Of a DNA stretch of 64,000 bases, positions 9,181-19,400 are shown piece after piece (position 1 is the first letter of the stretch; each line of letters starts with the position of its first letter). The notes beneath the pieces are model-generated. The model had not been told where the DNA came from. It saw nothing but the letters and a program-made list of their open reading frames with translations, and ran no database searches. The position numbers were made by a program, and so were the translations under genes. The stretch is from an uncultured Planctomycetota bacterium. GTDB lineage: Bacteria > Planctomycetota > Planctomycetia > Isosphaerales > Isosphaeraceae. Location of the stretch: the NCBI GenBank assembly GCA_963823665.1, contig CAWGMQ010000003.1, positions 1,792,001 through 1,856,000 on the forward strand, written 5' to 3'.

Positions 9181-11214
9181 ATGTTCGAACGATTCACCGA
9201 CCGCGCCCGCAAGGTGATGGAACTGGCCGACCAGGAGGCCCTACGCTTCAATCACGATCACCTCGGCACCGAACACATCCTGCTCGGCCTGGTCAAGGAG
9301 GGCACGGGCATCGGGGCCAACGTCTTGAAGAACCTGAACGTGGACCTGCGGAATATCCGCGACGAGGTCGAGAAGATCGTGCCAGCCGGGCGGGAAAAAG
9401 TCACGATGGGAAAACTGCCTCTTCGTCCCGCGGCAAAGAAAGGCATCGAAGCGGCAATCGCGGAAGCTCGCGGCCTGACCCACAACTACGTCGGGACCGA
9501 ACACCTGCTGCTCGGCTTGCTGCGTGAGCAGGACAGTGTCGCCGCCCAGGTGCTCACAAGCCTGAACTTGAAGCCCGAAGAAATGCGCAGGCAGGTCCTC
9601 AACTTGATGGGCCACGGAATGGATATCGGCGAAGGGAATCCCGACGCATGGAAAACCGGCCGCCGCAAGACACCCGCCCTGGACTCCTTCGGCACGGATC
9701 TGACGGAAAAGGCCCGTCAGGGCAAGCTCGACCCTGTCATCGGCCGCCAGAATGAGATTGACATGGTGGTCCAGGTGCTCTCGCGCCGGAGCCGGAACAA
9801 CCCCGTTTTGATCGGTGAGGCGGGAGTCGGCAAGACCGCAATTGTCCATGGCCTGGCCCAGTTGATCGTCGACGGCCGAGTTCCCGATCCATTGCACAAC
9901 CGCCGCGTGATCCTCCTCGATTGGGGCCTTTTGAACAGTGGCATCAAGCAGACCGGCCAGCTCGAGGAGCGGATCAAGGCCGTTTCGTTTGAAGTGCGCC
10001 GAGTGAAGGACGTCATCCTCTACCTCGACGATCTGCGCGGTTGCGCGCGATGATGATGCCGATGCCGGGCCCTCGAACCCGCTCGAGGTTGCGCTCACTC
10101 GCGGTGAATTCCAGCTCATCGTGGAAACGACACCCGAACAGTACAGTCGCTGTGCCGAGAATGCGCGTATTTTCGAACGGTGCTTTCAATCCGTGATGAT
10201 CGGCGCACGAACAAGAGCGAAACGTTCGATATCCTGCGCACGCTGCGCGACCGGTACGAGGCTCACCACCGAGCCCGGATCACGGACGACGCTCTCGCGG
10301 CGGCCGTCGAGCTGAGCTCGCTCTATCTACCGGACGAGCACTTTCCGCTCAAGGCCATCGAGCTGATCGACCAGGCCGGCGCTCGCGTCCGGCTTGATGC
10401 AACGATTCTTCCGCCTGACGTGAAAGAACTCGACGACCAGATCGAACGGCTCGATCAGCAAAAGGAAGAGGCGGTCGCCAATCAGGACTTCGAGCGGGCA
10501 GCCTCGTTGTACCGCCAGGCCGACGCGCTCAAGAAGAATAAGGCGACGATCGACCACGATTGGCACAAACGGTCAAGTGAGATCGACGGCACAGTCGACG
10601 CACAGGTGGTTGAAGAAGTCTTGAGCCGTGTAGTTGGGGTGCCGCTCGAGGTCGTTCAGAAGCGTGACGTTTCGACGGTCCTTCACAGCGCGAGGTTTCT
10701 CCGCGCGGGACCGACCAAGTTTGAGCGGCTTCTGGCCGATTGGATTTTGCGGGGCGAAGGCGTCAAGATCCAGCAGAGCACGGGTTTCGTGTTGTTGCCT
10801 CAACACGAGGCATTCGACCGTCTTTTCGAGAATGTGATCCGGCCTGCGATGATCGCCAACGGCATCATCGCCAAGAAGGCCGACAACATTGACGAGCGCG
10901 GCTCGACGCTTGCCCAGGTCTGGGCCCAGATCCGCTCGGCCGAGGTGATCGTGGCCGACGTCTCGTCCCTGAGCCCCACCAGTGAGGTCAGTTCAAACGC
11001 CAACGTGATTTTTGAGGTCGGCCTCTGCTTGGGCCTCCACCGCTGCCCGATCCTGCTGGGACGCAACCCGGCAATGCTCCCGTTCAACCTTCGGAGCCTT
11101 CCCTACATCCTTTACGAAGATTCCATCGACGGTGCGGCGAATCTCAAGGCCGACCTGACGAGGGCAATCGAGGAGTTCCTCTCCGCGTCGCGCGGGAGTC
11201 GGGCGGAAACTTGA
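9181..11214 (+). CDS. ClpC-derived protein (Clp-N, AAA+ D1, UVR coil) fused to a nucleoside-deoxyribosyltransferase/TIR-like C-terminal domain; two compensating frameshifts
   Basis: MFERFTDRARKVM and two TEHxLLGL repeats; Walker A GEAGVGKT; ALTRGEFQLI in the frame of 10121; LRDRYEAHH; KEEAVANQDFERAASL; C-terminal FVLLP...KADNI...VIVADVS...NANVIFEVG...LPFNLR. Indels near 10045 and 10210. Confidence 0.82.
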
Positions 11215-11270
11215 GGTCCATCGAACTGTCAGCCCAGATCTGGCAGGTTGGCAGTCACAGAGGGCCGAGT

Positions 11271-13080
11271 TCAGTGCCCGACAACCTCGAGTCTTGCTTG
11301 CACGATCGCCTGATCGGGTTGCCGGCAGGAGAACGCGTCACATGCCTGGAAACGGACTGTGCAGGAGGTAACGGCCGACCCTGAACGAGCGTCGCCGGCG
11401 ACTCGAAGGCGGCGGCGGAACTCGAACGAGCCGTCGTAGGTGAGACGGCCTTCCGAAGCGGGCGCCGGATCGGGCACGGTCCAGTCGCCGAGAGCCTCGA
11501 AGCCCTCCGGAGGCTTCAATTCGAGGCTCGTGGCGACTTCAGGGCCGCTCGAGCCCTTCACGGCGGTGATATGCCATCCCGGGGCTGTGGCGACGCGGAT
11601 GACGAGCGTGACGACCTCGCCGGCGCGAGCTCGACTGGGCGCGAACTCGGCCTGAGCAGCGACAGGATTGCGATGCGTCGGCTCGAGCGCGCTGAGCGGT
11701 GTCCGAGGGAGCCGCGGTGGAGCAGTGAGTCCCTTCGGAGCAACCCGGAACCCGTAACCACCGACTTCATCAAAGAACAGCCGGTCGCGGTTGCCGTCGA
11801 GCCATTTGCGCCACGACGTCGCGTCGTCGTACGATTCGCTCGTGTAACGCTTCAGAACGCGAAGTGCGACCTCTGCCTGTTCCTTCCGTTCCAGCAGCTT
11901 GACCCAAGCGTCCAAGGATTCCGCCTTTCGGTTCGACTGGCCCAGCGCCTTCGCGTCCTCGTCGATGGCGATCTCCGTAAGGTCCGAGGCCGCGGCTCCC
12001 GGGCGAAGCCACTCGTAGTTGTCCAGGACCCAGGCGATGTACTTCTCCGCGTCGGTTCCGCACTGCTTTCGAACGCCTTCCGAAAAGAAGCGGTCGACCA
12101 GCCTGAGCGAGCCTTGGTAAAGCCTTTTTGCCCGGACAGGATCTTTTGCCACGGACTCCGGCAGCGAGTGTACGAAGGCGTCCTCGTCGAAAACGACCCT
12201 CAGGTTTTGGGCGACCATCGAGCGCCCATTCACGCGTGAATTCCTGGTCGGTTTTGCGAACGATCGGCCGCTGGCGATCGAACTTCTTGATGTAGCAGAC
12301 GACGTTGACGAAACACTTACGTGCCTCTGGCGTCATGTCACGCGGGGACGCCGAGAAGCCCCAAAGGAAGAAGTTGCCCTGGCGCCCCAGCGCGACGGAA
12401 CCGGGCGTCTTCGTGTTGATGCCCGACGCGACGACCTCCGCGTCAGGAGACGCGTCGAAATCCCAGGGGCTGGAAACCAATCCCCAATCGACTTCCGGAT
12501 GATCCTTTGTCTGAACCCGCCAGACCTTGATGGACTTGCCGATCGGCCGGCCGGATGCCAGGCCCGGATATTGAGGCGGAGTGGGCTGGTCTTCGAGCGA
12601 CAGCTTCACGGGGAACGGCGAGCAGAAGACCTCGTGCCCCGAGGCGATCCCGTGGGCAAACGCGCCCAGGCAGATGCAGCAGGAATCAATCTTGAGGCGG
12701 AGATTCCGGATTGCCATCTGCCCCCCCGCGCCGATCAAGACTGTCGGCCGATCGTACGACTCGGAAACCTTCGCCCCCTTGGGCCCTCGCAAGCCTCTGA
12801 TCGGTTCGACGATCTTGCCGTTCGAATCGCGCGGGAAAACCGTATCCCAGTCGAAGATGACGACGTCGTGTCCGTCGGCTTTTTCGTCGGTGAACGACAC
12901 GAGCGGAACGCGGTCGACCTTGCGGAAAGTCTGCTCGAGAAACCCGGTGAAATCCTTCTCGCGCTCGGTGCCCGATGGACCAGCGTAGAGGATCGACAGC
13001 GGAATCGGGTCGTCGGCTCGTAGCGACGGTGAGAAGGCAAGCAGGGAGAGCAACCCGAGTGTTCGGAGCTCGCTTCGCAT
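11271..13080 (-). CDS. Exported hypothetical protein with C-terminal DsbD-N-like domain (frameshift near 12222)
   Basis: Signal peptide MRSELRTLGLLSLLAFSPSLRA; CCICL motif; ORFs 11770..13119 and 11271..12233 join; C-terminal APGWHI...FQACDAFSC. Confidence 0.7.
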
Positions 13081-13339
13081 GGTCGGACTCCTGTTCTCAT
13101 TCAAGGCGACGGGGCGCACGCCTGTCGATTGCTGGGGCGACCGGGATTATATTCGATGAGCCACTTGAACGCGAATGGGAGGTTCCGTTCGAGGTAAAAA
13201 CGGTTGACGTCACTTCCCGCCAGGGCGAAAGTATTGTTTTGCGGAGGCTTTGATCCTTCGGGTCGCATTCCGGTGCGGCGTAGAACAAGCTCCCGAGTTG
13301 AAAACAGCGAGCTTAATTGTGAACGATGACTTGCACGCG

Positions 13340-13852
13340 ATGTTTCGCCATCTCGACACCTTGACCGGCCGCCCGGACCTGGCCCACCTCGTCGAGGAAT
13401 TGTCTCAATTCGACATAGATCTCGATTGTTTGTCCGAACATTTGCACTTCGCCGAAACCGGCTACAAGCGCAACCTGGTTCGCGCAGCCCCCAATTATCA
13501 CGCCTGGTTGCTGTGCTGGAAGAACGGTCAGCGGTCGCCGATTCACAACCACAGCGGCTCCGCTTGCGTTGTGCGCGTGCTGCGGGGCACGCTGACCGAG
13601 ACGCTGTTCGAGCGCGCTCCCAACGGCCAAGTCAAAGCGTCGTTCTCGCGCGACTTCGCCCAGGGGAGTCTCATGGGGAGTGAAGACACGGACATCCATC
13701 AAGTCTCGAACCTCCAAGCCGAGGGTGCGGACCTCGTCACCCTGCACGTCTATTCGCCCCCCTTGCACCGCATGGAAATCTATTCGCTCTACGACAACAA
13801 CCGCGGCTACGAAGTGTGGATTCCGGAATTCAGCGACGCCGGCGGTATTTGA
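13340..13852 (+). CDS. Cysteine dioxygenase-family cupin (start uncertain, ORF open from 13250)
   Basis: YKRNLV, LLCWKNGQRSPIHNHSGS, IHQVSN and TLHVYSPP motifs with three His ligands. Confidence 0.88.
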   Translation: MFRHLDTLTGRPDLAHLVEELSQFDIDLDCLSEHLHFAETGYKRNLVRAAPNYHAWLLCWKNGQRSPIHNHSGSACVVRVLRGTLTETLFERAPNGQVKASFSRDFAQGSLMGSEDTDIHQVSNLQAEGADLVTLHVYSPPLHRMEIYSLYDNNRGYEVWIPEFSDAGGI

Positions 13853-14031
13853 AAAGTCCGGCAATCTCCTGGCGAAGGCCGAGCGAGTGATCCGGTAGGC
13901 CGATCCGGGGCGAGCATTGCCCCACAACCCACTCGAGCTGACGGCGCACTGCGCGCCGGAATTGCGCCAAATCTTCCGAATAACGGGCTTCGGAAGCTCG
14001 TCTCAGTTTCAGAGTAACTGAGGAGCATCAA

Positions 14032-15402
14032 ATGCCCATCAATTCGGGTTTCCGTGATGTGTTCGGTGTGCGCTGCATCGCCTTGATCGGGGCCTGCTGC
14101 GTGATTGCGGCAACGTGTTCCGTGATTCTCGCGGGCGATCGTCGCGAGCGATCGAGCTCGCTGATCGATCGCGAAGTGTTCGACGGCAAGACGCTGTTCG
14201 AGAAGTCGTGGGAACCTGGAAAGCCAAGCCCGAAGGGGGGAGACGGGGTTGGGCCGCTTTATAACGAAGTCTCCTGCGTTGCATGCCACAACCAGGGCGG
14301 CACAGGTGGCGCGGGCGCTAAAGAACACGATGTGGAGATGCTGACGGCCGTCGACGCTACCCCGGAGTCGCTGCGTGACCGGAAGATCTACCAGGGCGAG
14401 TTGCACGATCTGCATCCCGGATTCTGGGACCGCACCAGTATCGTGGTTCATCGATACGCGGTCGATGATGACATGCAGAAACGCCTGCACAAGGTCTGGA
14501 GTTTCGACGCGGTGCAGGCGCCAGGTCAGACCAAGATCATCCGAAAGTCACGGCGGAATACGCCGGCTCTCTTCGGGGCGGGCCTGATCGATGCGATTCC
14601 CGATGCCGTCTTGCGTGGCGCTGAGAAGCGGACCTTCGCCAGTTTTCCCGAGATAAAGGGACGGGGCAGTGCTCTTCCCGACGGAAGCGTCGGCCGATTC
14701 GGCTGGAAGGGTCAAATCTCGAGTCTCGACACGTTCGTGCGGGCTGCTTGTTCGAATGAGCTCGGCCTCGAGGTGCCCGGCCATCACCAGGCCAGCTTCG
14801 CCTCGCCGAGCGCGAAAACCGCCGCCAATGTGAATCTCGACCTGGATGAGGAAGAATGCAAGACGATCACCGCGTTCCTCTTGCACCTGCGGCCGCCGCT
14901 CCAGCGCTCGCCGGAGGGACGCACCGCGCTACCGTGGGGATACACGGTATTCGAGTCGGTCGGCTGCGCAACGTGTCACGCGCCCACACTGGGAGACGTG
15001 CAGGGGATCTATAGCGATCTACTCCTGCACGATATCGGAGACGCCTTCATGGAGTCTGCAACGGGGTATGGCTCTGGGAGCCCGACCGTGCGAAGCGTCC
15101 GCGACGTTGCCGATGCGAACGGACCGGCGAAGCGATCAGGCATGGCCGACGCCATCGAATGGCGCACGCCTCCGCTGTGGGGAATCGCTGACTCAGCTCC
15201 CTACTTTCATGACGGCCGGGCCGGAACCCTCGACGATGCGATCCGTCTCCACGCCGGTGAAGCGTCCAAGACAACGAAACGATACACCAAGCTCTCGCCG
15301 AGCGACCGCAAGGCCATGCTCTCGTTTCTAAGCACGCTCAAGGTCTCGCCCGAAATTAAGAAAACCGCGAGCAAGGCTCGCAGGCGCAGCCGGGGCATTT
15401 GA
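14032..15402 (+). CDS. Di-heme oxidoreductase-family (DHOR-like) c-type cytochrome
   Basis: GDGVGPLYNEVSCVACH and GCATCH CxxCH motifs; GRFGWKG, SDLLLHD, WRTPPLWG, HDGRA; N-terminal hydrophobic leader. Confidence 0.88.
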   Translation: MPINSGFRDVFGVRCIALIGACCVIAATCSVILAGDRRERSSSLIDREVFDGKTLFEKSWEPGKPSPKGGDGVGPLYNEVSCVACHNQGGTGGAGAKEHDVEMLTAVDATPESLRDRKIYQGELHDLHPGFWDRTSIVVHRYAVDDDMQKRLHKVWSFDAVQAPGQTKIIRKSRRNTPALFGAGLIDAIPDAVLRGAEKRTFASFPEIKGRGSALPDGSVGRFGWKGQISSLDTFVRAACSNELGLEVPGHHQASFASPSAKTAANVNLDLDEEECKTITAFLLHLRPPLQRSPEGRTALPWGYTVFESVGCATCHAPTLGDVQGIYSDLLLHDIGDAFMESATGYGSGSPTVRSVRDVADANGPAKRSGMADAIEWRTPPLWGIADSAPYFHDGRAGTLDDAIRLHAGEASKTTKRYTKLSPSDRKAMLSFLSTLKVSPEIKKTASKARRRSRGI

Positions 15403-15679
15403 ACGCGCCAGGGCGCTGGATCGACGGCGATCCGTGATAGGCTCGTCAGCAACCTCCAAGAAAACGAGCTTTGCGCTCACCGTCGCCTCTACCAGCAACA
15501 AGGACATCTATGACGCCGTGATTTACCTCTGAATGGCCCTTTCTCCTCGCACACTCGGGCGTTATTCTTTTCAGGAGAGATCCCCCAATTGCCCGGACCG
15601 GGTAGAGGGGCGATCCGAGCGACGGTGCTTGGATTCATGTCCGGGCAACGGGTTTGCTGGCCTCGAGCGGGTTTCTGCG

Positions 15680-16255
15680 ATGAGTGACATCTCACATATC
15701 CTTTCGGCGATCGAGCGCGGCGAGCCGGGGGCCGCTGAGAAGCTCCTTCCGCTGGTCTACCAGGACCTGCGCAGGCTGGCCGCCAAGAGGCTCGCTCGCG
15801 AGGCGCCGGGGCAATCCCTGCTTTCTTCCGATCTGGTACATGAGGCCTATCTCAGGCTTGTCGGTGGAAGAACCCAGGAGGAGTGGGATGGTCGCGGTCA
15901 CTTCTTCGCCGCGGCCGCGGAGGCGATGCGGCGGATCCTGGTCGAAAAGGCGCGTCGCCGCAACCGTCACAAGCACGGTGGCGGTTGCTCGCAAGTCGAC
16001 CTCGACGCCGCTGCTATGCTGGCGGAGCAACCATCCGAGGACCTCGAAGCCCTCGATAAGGCGCTCAGCAAGCTGGCGGAGGAAGACCCGGCGAAGGCGG
16101 AGGTGGTGAAGCTCCGCTTCTTCACCGGTCTGACCATGCCCGAGATCGCCAAGATCATGAGATTCTCGCTGGCAACCGCCGAGCGCCACTGGACTTACGC
16201 CCGCACCTGGCTCTATGCCGAGCTCAAAGACCGGGGCGATTCCGCGAAGTCCTGA
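15680..16255 (+). CDS. ECF sigma factor, TIGR02999-type (kinase-associated)
   Basis: MSDISHILSAIERGEPGAAEKLLPLVY, LVHEAYLRL, HFFAAAAEAMRRILVE, VVKLRFF, RHWTYARTWL. Confidence 0.93.
   Translation: MSDISHILSAIERGEPGAAEKLLPLVYQDLRRLAAKRLAREAPGQSLLSSDLVHEAYLRLVGGRTQEEWDGRGHFFAAAAEAMRRILVEKARRRNRHKHGGGCSQVDLDAAAMLAEQPSEDLEALDKALSKLAEEDPAKAEVVKLRFFTGLTMPEIAKIMRFSLATAERHWTYARTWLYAELKDRGDSAKS
16182..16247 (+). repeat. 66-nt direct repeat, copy 1 (3' end of the ECF gene)
   Basis: AGCGCCACTGGACTTACG...ACCGGGGCGATTCCGCGA recurs, with a few substitutions, at 21393-21458. Confidence 0.85.
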
Positions 16256-16352
16256 CGTAACAGACCGTCCGTCCGTTTGAACGCAGCGGCGCTTTCGCGG
16301 AGAGCCTGGCGACACTATGATGTGACAATGGGCAAGCTCTGCGAGCGGATTC

Positions 16353-16382
16353 GCGAGGGGTTCCTAGGGGATTCATCGGATC
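16353..16382 (+). promoter_or_regulatory. Putative ECF promoter motif A (degenerate copy)
   Basis: GCGAGGGG-16 nt-CGGATC upstream of the kinase ATG at 16416. Confidence 0.45.
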
Positions 16383-16415
16383 GAGATCACGGCCCTTCGG
16401 GATTGGAACCACGCC

Positions 16416-19400
16416 ATGAGTAGTCCGGCGCTCGTCGAGTCGATTTTCTTTGCGGCGCTCGAAAAGAAAACGGCCGCGGAGCGGGCGGATTATCTGGACG
16501 AAGCCTGCGGCGCCGACGCGGCGCTTCGCCTCAAGGTGGAACGGTTGCTGGACGCTCATCCCCTGGCGCAGCAATACCTGGCTCAGCCCGCCGTCGATCG
16601 TCAGGCCTTCGACCCAGGCGATTCGGCTCGGGGCTCGACGAGTCTTGCGTCCACGAGCGGCCCGGAATCAGTTTCGCAGGGTCCGGGCGCGGATGGCGAC
16701 CGGTTCGGGACGCTCGCCGACCTTCCGGTCGATGGTGGTGCGGCCCCATCCGCGGTCGACGCCACTGTCGAACAAACTTGCCATGCGTCCGAGCCGATTG
16801 AGCGAACCAGCGGCAACGGAGCCAACCGCGACCTGCCGCGCGGCGCCGCCGGCGCCGGCGAATACGAGACTCAAAAGGAACTTGGTCGCGGCGATATGGG
16901 AGTTGTCGACCTGGCCGGTCACGTCATCAAGAACTGGCCCTGCGGCGGCCAGCACGGCGAACCTTCCCGGGTTGGGCGCTATCGGATCATCCATCGGCTG
17001 GGCCACGGCGGGTTCGGTACGGTTTATCTTGCACACGACGATGAGCTGGATCGGCCGGTGGCCGTCAAGGTGCCGAACCCGGAACGAATCACTGGCGCGC
17101 TGGATGTCGAGGCGTTCCTTGAGGAAGCCCGAACGCTTGCCAAACTCGACCATCCCAACATTGTGCCGGTATTCGATGTGGGCCGCACGGAAGACGGGCT
17201 CTGCTTCGTGGTCTCGAAGCTCGTCGAAGGCAGCGATCTCGCGGTCAGAATGGGACAGGGTCGACCTTCGTTCCGAGATTCTGCGCACCTTGTTGCCACC
17301 ATCGCCGACGCCCTACACTACGCCCACACCCGCGGGCTGGTTCATCGGGACATCAAGCCCGCGAACATCCTTATCGACGCCGCAGGCAAAACGTGCGTGG
17401 CGGATTTCGGTCTCGCCCTCAAGGATGAAGACTTCGGCAAGGGTGGCGGGCTAGCGGGCACACCGGCCTACATGAGTCCCGAACAGGCCAGGGGCGAAGG
17501 CCACCGGGTGGATGGCCGATCCGATGTCTTCAGCCTGGGAGTCGTCTTCTACGAACTGCTCACCGGAAAGAAGCCATTCCGAGGTGATTCTCTCCTGGAC
17601 TTGATCGAGTCGATCCAGACCGCTGAGCCACGTCCGCCTCGTCAGCGGGATGATACGATTCCCAGGGAGCTGGAACGGATCTGCCTCCAGGCACTCTTGA
17701 AGCGAGCGTCGGAGCGGTACAGCACCGCGAAGGACATGGCGGAAGACCTTCGCGCGTTCCTAGAAGCCACGAGTGGCACGGTCTCGCCTCTCGCCCCCGC
17801 GGCTTCCGAGGCTCGACCCGGATCCACCCTCGAAGCCGGCTCACCCCCGACGACCTTGCGGCAATCCGACTCCGACCGAAGACCAATCAAGATCGTTCCG
17901 AAGGGTCTGCGGTCCTTCGACGAGCATGATGCCGACTTCTTCCTGGAATTGCTTCCAGGTCCTTGTGATCGGGACCGACTGCCCGAGAGCATCCGTTTCT
18001 GGAAGCGAAGAATCGAGCAGCTCGACCCCGACCTGACTTTCAAGGTGGGGCTGATCTACGGCCCCTCGGGCTGCGGCAAGTCATCGCTCGTCAAGGCAGG
18101 ACTTCTGCCCCGGCTCGGCAATCACGTTCTTCCGGTATACATCGAGGCCACGCCGGACGAGAACCGAAGCTCGGCTGAAGAAGGGTTTGCGCAAGGTTTG
18201 TCCGGATATGCCCGCTGACTTGGGGTTGGTCGATTCGCTGGCAAATCTGCGGAGGGGCCGGGTCTTGCCAGCAGAGCGCAAGGTGCTGCTGGTCCTCGAT
18301 CAATTCGAACAGTGGCTCCATGGCAACAGGAGCGCTCTGAATTCCCAGCTGGTCGCCGCCCTTCGTCACTGCGATGGTGAGCATCTTCAAGCAGTTGTGC
18401 TGGTGCGGGACGATTTTTGGCTTGCCGCCAGCCGCTTCATGCGTGAACTGGAGATCCGATTGGTCGAGGGCGAGAATAGCGCCCTGGTGGATCTCTTCGA
18501 TCCCCGTCATGCCAGGAAAGTGCTCATGGCTTTCGGACGGGCCTATGGGGCGTTGCCCGAAAACGCGCGTGATCAGAGCGGCGATCAAGAAGCTTTTCTG
18601 GATCAATCGATTTCCGGCCTCGCCCAGGACGGGAAGATCATCTCGGTGCGGCTAGCTCTCTTCGCCGAGATGCTCAAAGGGAAGCCCTGGACCGCGGCGA
18701 AGCTGCGTGAGGTGGGCGGCACCGAGGGGATCGGTGTGACTTTCCTGGAAGAAACCTTTAGCGCCGCGACCGCACCGCCCGAGCACCGCCTGCACCAGAA
18801 AGCCGCTCGCGCGGTCTTGAAAGCTTTGCTACCCGAGGGCGGCACCGACATCAAGGGGCAGATGCGATCGCGCCAGCAGTTGCTTGAAGCTTCAGGGTAC
18901 GTAAACCGCCCCCGCGACTTCGACGACCTGATTCACATCCTCGACATGGCACTTCGACTGATCACGCCGACCGACCCGGAAGGTTCCTCGCGTGAAGGTC
19001 AGAAGGCCGCGGCGAGTGGGCAGTATTATCAGCTCACACACGATTACCTGGTCCAGTCTCTGCAAGACTGGCTCACCCGCAAGCAGCGCGAGACCCGCCG
19101 AGGAAGGGCGGAGTTGTTGCTGGCGGAACGTTCATTCCAGTGGAACTCGAGAACCCGAGAACCGCCATCTGCCGTCTGCCCTCGAATGGGCGCGTCTTCG
19201 ACTGCTGACCAGCAGTCGGGGCCGGACGGAGCTAGAGCGCAGAATGCTGAAGCACGCCGGGCGAGTGCACGGTTCGCGGTTGCTCTTATCAATCCTGCTG
19301 ATCGCCTTGACCACATGGGGAGCGATCGAGGGCTATGGCACGCTGCGGGCTTCGGCCCTGGTGGACTCGCTCCGGGCAGCCGGCACCACCGACGTCCCGG

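Noticed and set aside
9181..11214. Calling this gene the housekeeping clpC
   Set aside because: It lacks the second AAA+ module and has altered Walker B and pore-loop residues, so no gene symbol was assigned.
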